A stretch of 64,000 bases of DNA from Candidatus Marinacidobacterales bacterium (GTDB taxonomy: Bacteria; Acidobacteriota; Vicinamibacteria; Marinacidobacterales; DATDRI01). Below the pieces are notes generated by a model. That model saw only the letters and a list, made by a program, of their open reading frames with translations, did no database searches and was not told where the DNA came from. The position numbers were made by a program, and so were the translations under genes. Where the stretch lies: the NCBI GenBank assembly GCA_965219415.1, contig CBDCNP010000002.1, forward strand, positions 4,448,001-4,512,000, given 5' to 3'. Shown piece after piece: positions 1-9,816 of the stretch; position 1 is the first letter of the stretch; each line of letters starts with the position of its first letter.

Positions 1-1426
1 AGAACATGAAGGCCCGGTAGAAGATCGACTCGATGCGGTTCATCTGGTCGAAACCGACGCCTTTTACCCGGAGGCCGGAGACCCGGTTGGTGCCGCCCAT
101 GACCATCAGGTAGAAGGCGTGGTTTATGATGCTCGAGTTGATGTGCACGCCCCGAGCATCGAATTCTCCGAGATAACGGACGCTATAGTGGTCCGGGTAT
201 ATGGAGTCGGCGCTTCTGGGATTGGGGAATGAACGTCCAAACTTTCCAAGTTTGACGTAGGCGTCTTCGAACAATACCCAGTCGGCCTTCTGGCGTCCCT
301 TCCCGACCGGCTCGAAGAAGAACTCGACGGCCACCGCCATGATGTCCGAGATCGCCTCGTTAAGTGCCCCGGGCTCGCTGTAGTAGATCAGATCCGACGA
401 GAAGAACGTGACTGCATGAGTAACCTCGTGCGCCACGATGTCGAGGGCGGCGGAGTTGTACGTAGATTCGATACCGTCTCCGTCGCCGTAGTTCACTGAG
501 TTATCCAGAGTGTCGTAGAAGGCATTGTCGTATCCCTCCCTCTGGTGGAAAAAATGGACGAAGCTGATGATGCCCCTCCCGCGGTCGTTGACACCTCTCC
601 TCTTGTGGCGCCTGAAGTAGTAGTCGAGGGTATATCCGGTGTACACGTGGGCATCCACGACGGCGCCGTCGTGCCACTCGTTGTCGAGGTCCGTGGCCAG
701 GAACGAGTCTGTCTCAGCCCGGTAGTCTTCCCAGGTGGCGGTGTCGAAATTGATGTCGTAGGTCCTGATATCGAAGGGCCGGAGTGTGTCGACGGCCCGG
801 TAAGTGCCGGCAGCCTGCTCTGAGGTCATCTTCTTCTCATCACCCCAGGTGCCGACTCCCAGGCCCACGCCGTCGTGCTGGCTCGAGCGAAGAGCGTTCC
901 ACGTTAGGAGGATCTCTCCGGAGTGCGCGTCGATGAACACCGCCTCCAGCGTCTTAGCCCCTCGTACCCTGAGGTGGTACGCGAGCACGTAACGGTCATC
1001 GAGCGGCAGGACCACGAGCTCGACGTCACCGCTGACGCGGGCTCCCGCGGCTCTCCCTGCCAGCGCACGATCAGAGGCTTCGCTCTCGGTCAAGGTCGGG
1101 GTGACGTTGACGTCGATCTTGTCGTAAATGTTGCCGGTAACTGAGAGCACCAGCCCGGCCTGTTTTTGCCAGACCACCTGGCCTCCGAAAACTCGAACCC
1201 CTTGGTGGTACTGATTCATCCTCTCGTGGTAGCGGCCCGGGAAGGTGCCATCGGCCTGGACGCGCTCAAGCTGGAGCCGACCAGAAGCCAACATGAGATC
1301 GACCTCGCTTGCGATAGCCGGGACCTCAGCCGAGTCGCTTGCCCACATGGTCCTGGCTGAGCGGATAGATTGTGCACTCAGTGGGCTAACGATGAGGATG
1401 GCAGTAATCGAAATCAGCAGTCTCAT
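1..1426 (-). CDS. M4 (thermolysin-like) secreted metallopeptidase, runs off window start
   Basis: Manual translation: ATG at 1426 after GGGAGG RBS, signal peptide MRLLISITAILIV, motifs DIVAHEVTH (HEXXH), GALNEAISD, GVHINSS. Confidence 0.9.
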   Translation of the reverse strand, partial: MRLLISITAILIVSPLSAQSIRSARTMWASDSAEVPAIASEVDLMLASGRLQLERVQADGTFPGRYHERMNQYHQGVRVFGGQVVWQKQAGLVLSVTGNIYDKIDVNVTPTLTESEASDRALAGRAAGARVSGDVELVVLPLDDRYVLAYHLRVRGAKTLEAVFIDAHSGEILLTWNALRSSQHDGVGLGVGTWGDEKKMTSEQAAGTYRAVDTLRPFDIRTYDINFDTATWEDYRAETDSFLATDLDNEWHDGAVVDAHVYTGYTLDYYFRRHKRRGVNDRGRGIISFVHFFHQREGYDNAFYDTLDNSVNYGDGDGIESTYNSAALDIVAHEVTHAVTFFSSDLIYYSEPGALNEAISDIMAVAVEFFFEPVGKGRQKADWVLFEDAYVKLGKFGRSFPNPRSADSIYPDHYSVRYLGEFDARGVHINSSIINHAFYLMVMGGTNRVSGLRVKGVGFDQMNRIESIFYRAFMF

Positions 1427-1617
1427 CTTCGCTTCCTCCCTAAAAGCGTGGACGGTGGTTGCCGGTGTCAATTTCACGGCGGCTCGGGCTCAATAGTTGC
1501 CCTCCGCTACCTCTTGGGTGCTTCCGCCATCAAGTGATGGAATGGACTCCTCCACTGACATAGACGGCATCGATGTGCCAAAGTCAGTCGAATACGCATC
1601 GAAAAGGAGGAGTCCGA

Positions 1618-2649
1618 ATGAAAGATACGACAATCGCTGTGGATCTTGCAAAGAACGTCTTCGAGATTGCCATCTCGGGAGAAGCGGGGAAGGTGTCCAA
1701 GCAACTCCGTGTGAGTCGACCCAAATTGGTGTCGTTCTTTGCCAAACAGAGCGCTGCCACCGTGCTTCTCGAAGCCTGCGGCTCGGCTCACTTCTGGGCA
1801 AGGACGTTCCGAAGGTTGGGACACGACGTCGTCCTGCTCCCACCTCACCTCGTGAGGCCGTATCGACGCGGGAGCAAGAACGACCGCGCCGACACGAAGG
1901 CGTTGCTCGAGGCCTACAGGAACGAGGAGCTTCTTCCCGTACCCATCAAGTCCGTGCACCAGCACACCCTCGCTGCGCTCCATCGCCTGCGCTCAGGATG
2001 GCTCTCCACACGGACCGCACGCATCAATGCCGTACGCGGGCTCCTGCGCGAACTCGGATTCATCATCCCAAAGGGCGCTCACTTCGTCGTGCCCGCCCTC
2101 TTCGAACTCGTCGAAGACGCTGATTCTGATTTGCCCGACGTGCTCCGTTCGCATCTCCGTGATGCCTGCTCCGAGATTCGAGAACTCAAGGACAAGTGCG
2201 CTAGCATCGAGCACGAGCTCAAGGCGCTCACCAAGCAGCTTCCTGAAGTCCAACGACTTCTCGCCATTCCCGGCATCGGACTTCTGGCCGCGACCGCCAT
2301 CGTGGGCTTCGTCGGCGATCTTCGCCGCTTCCCATCGGGGCGCCGCTTCTCGAGCTACCTCGGCCTAGTTCCCAAGGAAAACTCCAGTGGCGACATTCGC
2401 CGCCTCGGACGCATCACCAAGCGTGGCGACTCCTACCTCCGTATGCTCCTCACCCAGGGCGGGCGCGCCGTGCTCCGCGCGGCGAACGTCAGCAAGAGCC
2501 CGCCCGACAAGCTCCGCGCCTGGGCTCGGAAGGTCCACCGCTCGCGGGGACACAACAAGGCCGTGATTGCTGTCGCCAACAAACTCGCCCGGATCGTCTG
2601 GGCCGTCTCCACCCGCGAGAGTGAATTCCAGTCGCCGGTGGCCGCTTAG
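1618..2649 (+). CDS. IS110 family recombinase/transposase
   Basis: DLAKNVF, LEACG, KNDRAD (DEDD), IPGIG, GLVP..SSG, ANKLARI motifs; AGGAGG RBS before ATG 1618. Confidence 0.95.
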   Translation: MKDTTIAVDLAKNVFEIAISGEAGKVSKQLRVSRPKLVSFFAKQSAATVLLEACGSAHFWARTFRRLGHDVVLLPPHLVRPYRRGSKNDRADTKALLEAYRNEELLPVPIKSVHQHTLAALHRLRSGWLSTRTARINAVRGLLRELGFIIPKGAHFVVPALFELVEDADSDLPDVLRSHLRDACSEIRELKDKCASIEHELKALTKQLPEVQRLLAIPGIGLLAATAIVGFVGDLRRFPSGRRFSSYLGLVPKENSSGDIRRLGRITKRGDSYLRMLLTQGGRAVLRAANVSKSPPDKLRAWARKVHRSRGHNKAVIAVANKLARIVWAVSTRESEFQSPVAA

Positions 2650-2965
2650 ATTTAGAGGCTCCACTTTCGTGTTTTCCTTTTTCCCTTCCAAAAGAGGCTG
2701 CGACGATACCCATCCAACTGATGGCGTACCGGTCGGACCGGCGCGGGGTCAAGCCAATAGCAACACTGGCCCTAAGAGGTCGTTCAAAGTGATTGGCTCC
2801 TCGCGCGCGGATTTTCCATCATGGCCCGGAGCACCCAAGACGCTCCTCACTGAGGCCGAAGATACGTTTGCAGTCTGACCCACTCGTCACGACGCGATGG
2901 ATGCGCAGCTTCGATGGAAGATTTATTAAGAAAGGGGCGTGACTAGAAAGAAAGGGGCTTGACTA
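2650..2965 (+). ncRNA. Predicted bridge/seek RNA region of IS1111
   Basis: TAGCAACACT (2758-2767) is complementary to the target and TTCCATCAT (2814-2822) is complementary to the predicted circle junction; RNA boundaries unknown. Confidence 0.7.
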
Positions 2966-3205
2966 GAGGAGTCCAGATATGTTGCTACGCCGTGTTTGAA
3001 TGCTAGTGTCAGCTGGCCTGCCTGTATCGGCGAACGCCATCAATAAGGATGTCGGCGTGCACACGAAGGTGTCTCTGAACGTCAGGCACCGTGTGGTCAG
3101 CCCAGCCCGCATCGCCGAAAGAACTGCGTCTCTCGAAATCAGGCTCAAACTCTAGCACACGAGCGGGTTACGCGGCAGCTACCAACACTTGATGGCGGAA
3201 GCACC

Positions 3206-3408
3206 TCTACCTCGAGCTCCCCGTATCCCTCTTGCTCCATGACTTCTACTTCACCTAGACGACGCGTCTTCTTGCGTTCCTTGACCCTTCGTAGCAGACT
3301 TCCCATATCGGCTCCTTTCTTGAGCGGCTTGATTTAGCTTTTGACAACGTCATCAAACCACCCGAGAGGGAGCCGTTTCAAATTTCAACTAAGAGTGGCA
3401 CACATTCC
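3206..3408 (-). pseudogene. IS256-like left end with truncated transposase N-terminus
   Basis: GGAATGTGTGCCACTCTTAGTTGAAATTT end; MGSLLRRVKERKK..GYGELEVE cut by the C end at 3205. Confidence 0.5.
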
Positions 3409-3689
3409 TTGCGGAGGCCACGCAGTTCTTCGAGTTCCTCGCTCGTCAGGGTTCCGGGACCGCCTTCACCACGGTCGATCCTGTCCTGCCTCACCCAGGC
3501 ATAAAGCGACGTCTCCGTCACATCGATATCCCGGGCTACCACGCTCACTGCCTTGCCGCTCTCCCGAACCAGCTGCACTGCCTCTGCTCGAAATTCCTTC
3601 GTGAACTGCCGACGTTTCTTTTTCTCTGCCATCTGAACACCCATATACCTCTCCGTTCGTTAGGTGTCCACTGAAACGAAGCAGGCCCA
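3409..3689 (-). pseudogene. IS3 family left end and truncated orfA
   Basis: TG-start IR containing GTGGACAC; MAEKKKRRQFTKEFRAEAVQLV HTH, ELEELRGLRKE. Confidence 0.8.
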
Positions 3690-3709
3690 ACTTGATAGAA
3701 TGCGCGGGT

Positions 3710-4162
3710 ATGGAAAAGCTCGACACCGAAAAGACTGTCAAAATACTAAATACGATCTTGGAGCAGGAGCTCGCGGGGGTTGTTCGCTACACGCACTATG
3801 CGCTCATGGTGACCGGCCCCAATCGGCTGCCGATCGTGGAATTCATGAAGGCACAGGCATCCGAGTCCTTGGACCATGCTCAACAGGTGGGTGAGATTCT
3901 GACCGGCCTTGGTGGCCACCCATCGCTCAGTGTGGCACCTCTCAAGGAGACCTTTCAGCATTCGCTCAAAGCGATTCTCCAGGAAAGCGTGAACCACGAG
4001 AAAAACGCTGTGAAGCTCTATATCGAGCTCCTCGAAGCGGTAGAGAATTCCAGTATCTACCTAGAGGAGTTCGCGCGCACCATGGTCGGGCAAGAGGAGC
4101 TTCACCAGATGGAGCTCAGGAAGATGCTCCGCGACTACAGCGAGGCATCCGGCGCCGACTAG
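3710..4162 (+). CDS. Bacterioferritin/ferritin-like protein
   Basis: LNTILEQELAGVVRY, ESLDHA, EKNAVKLY, EELH diiron-type motifs. Confidence 0.85.
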   Translation: MEKLDTEKTVKILNTILEQELAGVVRYTHYALMVTGPNRLPIVEFMKAQASESLDHAQQVGEILTGLGGHPSLSVAPLKETFQHSLKAILQESVNHEKNAVKLYIELLEAVENSSIYLEEFARTMVGQEELHQMELRKMLRDYSEASGAD

Positions 4163-4380
4163 CCATCTCCGCATTTCGTCGATGTCCCTGGTTCGAAGCC
4201 TTTTCTACGTGTGGGAGAAGCGGCTCGCACGGTCGAGGGCTACACACCAACATCTCCATCGACCAACTTGCCGATCGCGTCGTGTCCAAAAACACAAACA
4301 CACTCAAGACCCACGCGCCGGGACGCATAAGGGGAAGATTTTGTATTGCAGTAGGTTACATCAGATTCTAATATCACCGG

Positions 4381-4641
4381 TGTGCCTTCTATTTATTTAT
4401 CCGCGCGCACCAAACTTGAATAATCTCCGGTCTGCCAGCACCATGCCGGCATGATTTCGTCGTTGGTTCCCGCTCTCATCTCCGCCTTCAAGGCTCGTCG
4501 CGAGCTGGCTCTCGAGAATGTCGCTCTTCGGCAGCAGCTCGCCGTCCTCCGCCGTTCCGTGAAACGGCCACGGCTCTCGAATGTCGACCGCGTGTTTTGG
4601 GTGCTGTTGCGCAGAATCTGGACTGACTGGGAGAGCGTCCT
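4381..4641 (+). pseudogene. Left end B plus N-terminus of rve/IS481-like transposase
   Basis: TGTGCCTTC tip, MISSLVPAL..ENVALRQQLAV..DRVFW, cut by A end at 4642; other copies at 24630-24851, 47472-47600, 49779-49948. Confidence 0.75.
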
Positions 4642-4766
4642 CGTCCTGTGCCAAAACTCGGCCCAGCCGGCATCGACGAAAGAACTGCGCCTCTCGAAAT
4701 CAGGCTCAAACTCTAGCACGCGAACGGGATACACGGCAGGCGCCAACATTTGACTGCGGAAGCACC
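4642..4766 (+). mobile_element. Hybrid A-C MITE (about 125 bp); further copies 10383-10507, 20153-20277, 22963-23088, 47914-48039
   Basis: Near-identical repeats starting CGTCCTGTGCCAAAACTCGGCCCAGCC and ending GCGGAAGCACC. Confidence 0.8.
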
Positions 4767-4880
4767 CGAGTTCCATTCTTCGCCGCTTGTACGCTACTAG
4801 GTGGAGGACCGCGATATGCGTCTCCATCGCGCGCAATCGACCGAGAGAACGACGGCATAGCCTGTGAGAGGTAAGATAAG

Positions 4881-5837
4881 ATGCGACACTTCCCCATTCC
4901 CGTATGGATCGCTGTGCTCGCCACGGGCTCGTGGCACAACCCCGCCACGGCCCAGACGTCGTGGCGGGGCTTGGTGGTTGCCCCCGAATCCCGTTGCTCC
5001 CCGTACGATGCTGACGACTATCGGTATCCGCAGTCTGTGGAGGACCGGGTCATCGCCGAGCTTGGCGGCGTCTATGGTCCCTACACGGGCCGCTGGTTCG
5101 CCAACAAACGGGAGACGGACATTGAACATATCGTCGCCCGCTCCGAGGCACACGACAGCGGACTTTGTGTGGCGGATGAAGCGACCCGCCGACGCTTCGC
5201 AACGGATCTGCTGAATCTGACGCTGGCAAGTCCCGGCGTGAACCGGAACCAGAAGCGCGCTCGGGATGCCGCGGAGTGGTTACCCGACCAGAACCGGTGC
5301 TGGTTCGCAGACCGTAGCGTCGCTGTCCGCCGAAAGTACGGTCTGACGATAGACGAGCGCGAAGCAGACACCCTTGAACGCGTGTTGTCTGGATGCCAGT
5401 CGACCGACCTCGTCATGGTGGCCCGTGGTGCCTCACCGGTCGCTCAGGACATCACCCCGACGGCCGCCGCTGCGCGTGAGATACTCACCCAGTGGGACGA
5501 CAACGACGATGGCCGTATCACGTGCGCCGAGGCTCGCACCCATGGGATCGCCCCGGTGCGCCGCGACCATCCGGCCTACGCCTATATGCGCGATGGTGAC
5601 GGCGACGGGATTGTCTGCGAAGCGGGTGGCGGTGAGGCCAAGGGCGGCACGGCGCGCCAAGGCTCGGCCCCCGCGACCAGCGGCAGTAGCGCGCTCCGTC
5701 AGTACGACGACAACGGCAACGGCCGCATCACTTGCGCTGAAGCACGGCGCCACGGGATCGCGCCAGTGCGCCGCGGCCATCCTGCGTATCCCTACATGCG
5801 AGATGCCGACGGGGACGGAGTTGTCTGCGAGCGCTGA
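4881..5837 (+). CDS. Secreted HNH (DUF1524-like) nuclease with two excalibur-like Ca-binding repeats
   Basis: Signal peptide; DIEHIVARSEAHDSG..NL..VNR.K; duplicated DDN..GRITCAEAR.HGIAPVRR.HPAY.YMRD.DGDG.VCE. Confidence 0.75.
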   Translation: MRHFPIPVWIAVLATGSWHNPATAQTSWRGLVVAPESRCSPYDADDYRYPQSVEDRVIAELGGVYGPYTGRWFANKRETDIEHIVARSEAHDSGLCVADEATRRRFATDLLNLTLASPGVNRNQKRARDAAEWLPDQNRCWFADRSVAVRRKYGLTIDEREADTLERVLSGCQSTDLVMVARGASPVAQDITPTAAAAREILTQWDDNDDGRITCAEARTHGIAPVRRDHPAYAYMRDGDGDGIVCEAGGGEAKGGTARQGSAPATSGSSALRQYDDNGNGRITCAEARRHGIAPVRRGHPAYPYMRDADGDGVVCER

Positions 5838-5839
5838 AC

Positions 5840-6009
5840 GGCGTCCTGTCGATGACAAACGCGACGTAGACGAAACCTTGCCACGTCGCAACGTAGGTGA
5901 GATCTGCCACCTAAAGGGCGTTCGGGCGGGCTGCTCGGAAGTCGCGACCGACCAGGTCCGGTGGTCGCAACGCCGCCTCATCCGGGAGCGTCGTCTTGAA
6001 CTGCTTTCC
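5840..6009 (-). pseudogene. IS3 family integrase internal fragment
   Basis: ADLTYVATWQGFVYVAFVID; ends at A tip 6010. Confidence 0.75.
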
Positions 6010-6107
6010 CGTCCTGTGCTAAAACTCAGCCCTTTTGAAATAGGCCATAAATCAGCAGCTTGGTGTCTGTGTTTGCGACCGGGCCCTTAGCTCCTGGAAA
6101 CAAGATT

Positions 6108-6434
6108 TCAACCCTTGACGAGCTTGAGCGCCCTCTTGGCAAGCACGGTCACGACCCCGGCATAAAGAGAGGTACTGACCTGATCGACGATGGCGTCCAG
6201 GGAACCGCCAATCACTTGGATGTGACTCAGTACGTCCGCACCTGCAGTAGCGCCGACTGCAAGAGTCAATACCAAGTAGGCTGTCGCGTCCTCAGCGTCG
6301 ATCGCCAAACCGCCATACACCAAGCCCAGAACAACCAGTGCGAGGGCCACGATCCCAGCGGGAACTGCCTCAGCGGCCAAGCCCTGCACAATCGCCAATA
6401 GCCAGATGAGGCCAACAATGATTCTGATTGCCAT
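6108..6434 (-). CDS. Small membrane protein
   Basis: 108 aa with multiple hydrophobic segments, AGGAG RBS. Confidence 0.7.
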   Translation of the reverse strand: MAIRIIVGLIWLLAIVQGLAAEAVPAGIVALALVVLGLVYGGLAIDAEDATAYLVLTLAVGATAGADVLSHIQVIGGSLDAIVDQVSTSLYAGVVTVLAKRALKLVKG

Positions 6435-6477
6435 TTTTATCTCCTAGAATAGTTGCGTGTGATGGCCCGCTCCGTCG

Positions 6478-6953
6478 GCCAGCCGTAACAGTCACGGACG
6501 GGGTAACAGGGCCGCCGGAATTGTACCAATACGGGCCCGATGCGTCGCCGATCATCGAATCAAGCACCAACCAGGCCGTGGTCAGCAAGGCCAGCGAATG
6601 GAGCCCGGTGTACCCCCCGACCGAGTTCATCTCGAGCTACCGCGCCCTCCAATTCTTCGTAAACGTATACTACGACTTCGCGAACGACTCCCTTTGGACG
6701 TCCTCCGTGGGCGCGGGCTTCGGTATGGCCCGCACCAACCTCCACTACAGCAGGCGTTTGCTGCGCAAGGCGATCGCCCAAGGGTACCAGGACGTCGAGC
6801 CGCCGCTCACTGTCGCCGACAGGCCGACACGGGCCGCCGGCACGTTAAGCCTGCTGGAAACCACGGCCACCAGCACGCCGCTCGGCTTTCAGGTGCTGGG
6901 CGGTGTGGATTACGCCGTCGACGAACGGACCTCGATTAGAATCAACGCGCACT
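6478..6953 (+). pseudogene. Outer-membrane beta-barrel (opacity/porin-like) fragment
   Basis: FVNVYYDF..VGAGFG..GFQVLGGVDYAVDE pattern; abuts intron fragment. Confidence 0.55.
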
Positions 6954-7426
6954 GGGCCCCTTTGCTCCACGGGCGTTGCCCCGTTTCAACGCTACTACGG
7001 ACCCAGCCGCCACCGTCTCGTCTTCGACCGTTTTCCCGGGGCCTCCGGTTATGCGGTCTACCTTGCTCCGTCGATTTCTCGACGGGACGAGGACGGCTTC
7101 TCCAGTGGCTTGGTATGTCCTTGTCACCGTGCTGTCCCTACCACCCCGCCAGAGGGATGTGCCTCATCAGATAGTCTGACAACACATCCTGTTGCCTTCG
7201 TCCGACACGAGAAAACTCGGCCTCTGGGGTCTATTTTTTTGTCGGGGCCACCTATGGGTTCACTTGTGTTACGGCCCGGTGACTCGCTCACCATCCTCAA
7301 GATGGCTTTGTCAGTCAGCTTCATCCGTCTCGTTTCCTCCACGAACGTGACTCAAGCTACGGGGCGCTAACTTTTTCCCCGGTGGGACTCTCTCCCACTG
7401 AACATGCCAGCCTTCGCTGGACGCAC
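6954..7426 (-). mobile_element. Group II intron 5' fragment (approximately DI-DIII; no RT ORF, no DV/DVI)
   Basis: Minus strand starts GTGCGTCCAG at 7426; EBS-like CAAAAA and TCGTGTC; GGAGCAAAGGG DIII-like motif; second copy 56005-56400. Confidence 0.8.
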
Positions 7427-7497
7427 TCGTGTCCAAAAACACAAACGAACTCAAGACCCGCAACGCCACTCATCGCCGCGGCCTTGCTTCCTTAGGT

Positions 7498-8005
7498 TTA
7501 TTCTTTTACCGTGATTGTGATGGTTTCGCAGAGGCCGGGCTCGTCCAGGGTCCGGTGCTCGCCGTCTCCGAGCTGGAGCGCGAGCGTGTGCTCACCGGGA
7601 GTAAGTTTGCATTTCGATGACCGCAGAACCGTCCCCGAAGTGAACCCAAGGGTCGGCCTCGGGAATGAGCTCGCCAACGGGAAGGCATTCTGTATCGACA
7701 CCGATGTGATGGTGTCCGGCGCCAGGGTGGACGTCGCCCTTCGGCTCGAGAGTGATGTTCTCGGAGCCGAACTCGAAGGCGACCGGTGACGTGACGACTG
7801 CCCCTTGCTCCGGCTGGATGAACCAGACGCGCGGGGCGCCCGAGCCCTCCATATCCATCTCGTGCTCTGCCTCTTCGGTCGCGGCCTCTTCACCGCTTCC
7901 TCCGCCCGAAGAGCAGGCTGCCGCGAAGCCCATCGCGAAAACACAGGCCAATCCGATTGCGCAGGTTCCAAACCAAGTCGCCGGATGGCAGTGATTTTTC
8001 GACAT
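7498..8005 (-). pseudogene. DUF4399-like exported protein, frameshifted near 7605
   Basis: GHHHIGVD, VHFGDG in one frame; LTPGEHTLALQLGDGEH in another. Confidence 0.75.
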
Positions 8006-8102
8006 TTCTAGACTCTCCTAATGGTCAGCGTTGTGCACCGTCCGCCTCCGTGCTGGCAGCGGCGGCTGCGCAAGAAGGTACCATCCTAGGGCCCCACAAG
8101 GT

Positions 8103-8557
8103 CGTCGTGTCCGAAAATTCGAACTGAGCCGAAAGACCGAATCCTGGAGGCGTTGTCGAAATTTGCGGAGACCAGCCGACGCGTCACAAGGTCTGCGATA
8201 GGCCCCCCCGAGCAGACCTCTCCTCCAAACCATCCGTTCCGTCCAGCTCGCGCGCCCGAACTCCTATGCCGCCGCGCGGTGATAATAGCGGAGCAAGCCG
8301 CCCAATCGCTTACGACATCGCACCTTCCCGTGGGGACTGCCGACGCATTCTTCCGCTTCGAGCAACGCGTTCCCGAGCCCTTGATGGTTGCGCTCTCCGT
8401 GATAATGATGGGTAAACTCGGCGACGGCACGGCGCAACGATGGCTCACCGAAGAAGATCATCCGATTCAGACACTCGCTCTTGATCGACAAAACAAACCT
8501 GTCGATATAGGCGTTCAGATTCGGAGAACGGTACGGCAGCCGAATGACATCTGTTCC
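8103..8557 (-). pseudogene. 3' part and right end of rve/IS481-like element
   Basis: SPNLNAY.DRFVLSIKSECL..ERNHQGLGN..RLGGLLRYYHRAAA; tip CGTCGTGTCCGAAAA at 8103; cut by A end. Confidence 0.8.
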
Positions 8558-8705
8558 CGTCCTGTGCCAAAACTCAGCCCTTTTGAAATAGACCATAAAT
8601 CAGCAGCTTAGACGCCGTTGGAATCGGCGCAGAATCCAGGCTATTTCGCGCCGCAGGGCTGACTTCCGACCCATGGGGCTGGCGGATGAATAAATAGAAG
8701 GCACA
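8558..8705 (+). mobile_element. A-B MITE (about 147 bp); full copies also 28576-28722, 38884-39030, 49373-49520, 52794-52941, 55358-55504; partial 28838-28931, 47631-47744
   Basis: Near-identical repeats CGTCCTGTGCCAAAACTC...GGATGAATAAATAGAAGGCACA in both orientations. Confidence 0.9.
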
Positions 8706-9816
8706 GGTCATCGAAACGACGAAAGTCGTGGGCGAGTTCGGGGGAGTCTACGCCAGCCACCAGCGCAACGAGTTCGATCGTGTCCCCGAGGCTACCCGGG
8801 AGACTATTCGCATCGCCGAGGAAGCCGATGTGCGAGTTCTTACGTCTCATCTCAAGGCGTGTCGCAAGAACGCTTGGGGCATGATGAAAGAGGTCGTCGA
8901 CGTCATCAACGATGCCCGGGCAAGAGGAGTCGACATCTTCGCCGACATGTATCCCTACCACTACGCGTCGGGAGGACGGATCATACCGATCGCCAGAAAC
9001 CGCGGCTGGGCCCCTTTTCATCTTCCGAGCGATATGGAGCCGTTCGCGGGGCTCAGAGAGAAGTTGTCCGAACGGGACCTGAAGGACGCAGAGAAGAAGT
9101 CTATCAGAGAACAGTATGTCGCCGAGCTCGCAAAGGCCCTGTCGGATGAGTCGAAACGCCAGCAGATAAGGCAGTCCGTACTGGTCGGCAGCCCTCAACA
9201 CCCGAGCTCGGTGGCCCAGGCGGGTTGGGATAGTTATCTGGTCGTCGTGGCGGAGAAGAATGCGCAGTTAATCGGAAAAATCCTTTCTGACATCGCGGCA
9301 GAACAGGGGAGAGATCCGTTCGATGTCGCGGCAGACCTCGTACTTGAGGAACCCGACCTGTACGTCGCCTGCGGCGTCATGTCGGAAGACGACATGGTGC
9401 ACGCGATGAAGGAAGATTGGCTGATGTTCTCGAGTGATGGCGATGCGTTGCCAATTCCGAAAGACACCGACGACCCCGTAATCGGTCACCCTCGCGCGTT
9501 CGGCAGTCAGGCCAGGGTGCTCCGGAAATTCGTCAGGGAAGACAAGGTTCTGACGCTCGAGGATGCGGTGAAGAAAATGACTTCCCTTCCGGCCGAGTTC
9601 CTCCAATTGAAGGACCGGGGCTTGCTCGCCGAAGGATACAAGGCCGATCTCGTGATATTCGACCCCGAGACCGTTCAGGATACCGGCACTCACACGGATG
9701 CGCGTCAGTACAGCAGGGGGACCGAGGCCGTGATCGTAGGTGGAAAGATAGGCATCGAGAGCGGCGAATATAATGGCGCGCTCGACGGAAAACTTCTGCT
9801 GCTTACGGAGAACTAA
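8706..9816 (+). pseudogene. N-acyl-D-amino-acid deacylase (amidohydrolase), 5'-truncated
   Basis: YASHQR, SHLK, DMYPY, SSDG, HPRAFG, KMTSLPA, RGLL.EG.KADLVIFD; begins at B tip. Confidence 0.85.

Larger units (their letters stand above)
1537..2979 (+). mobile_element. IS1111-type (IS110 family) insertion sequence
   Basis: Subterminal IRs TGGACTCCTC (1543-1552) / GAGGAGTCCA (2966-2975), TG core on both sides, transposase followed by about 330 bp of non-coding DNA, TTGACT near right end. Confidence 0.9.
1517..3205. mobile_element. IS1-type MITE (about 245 bp) interrupted by IS1111
   Basis: Inverted ends GGTGCTTCCGCCATCAAGTG (1517) and CACTTGATGGCGGAAGCACC (3205); internal remnant AMRAGLTTRCLTFRD resembles the C-terminus of the IS1-type transposase at 37076. 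Confidence 0.8.

Noticed and set aside
1507-3213. CTACCTC on both sides of the MITE as a TSD
   Set aside because: Not flush with the ends, and the flanks belong to different genes
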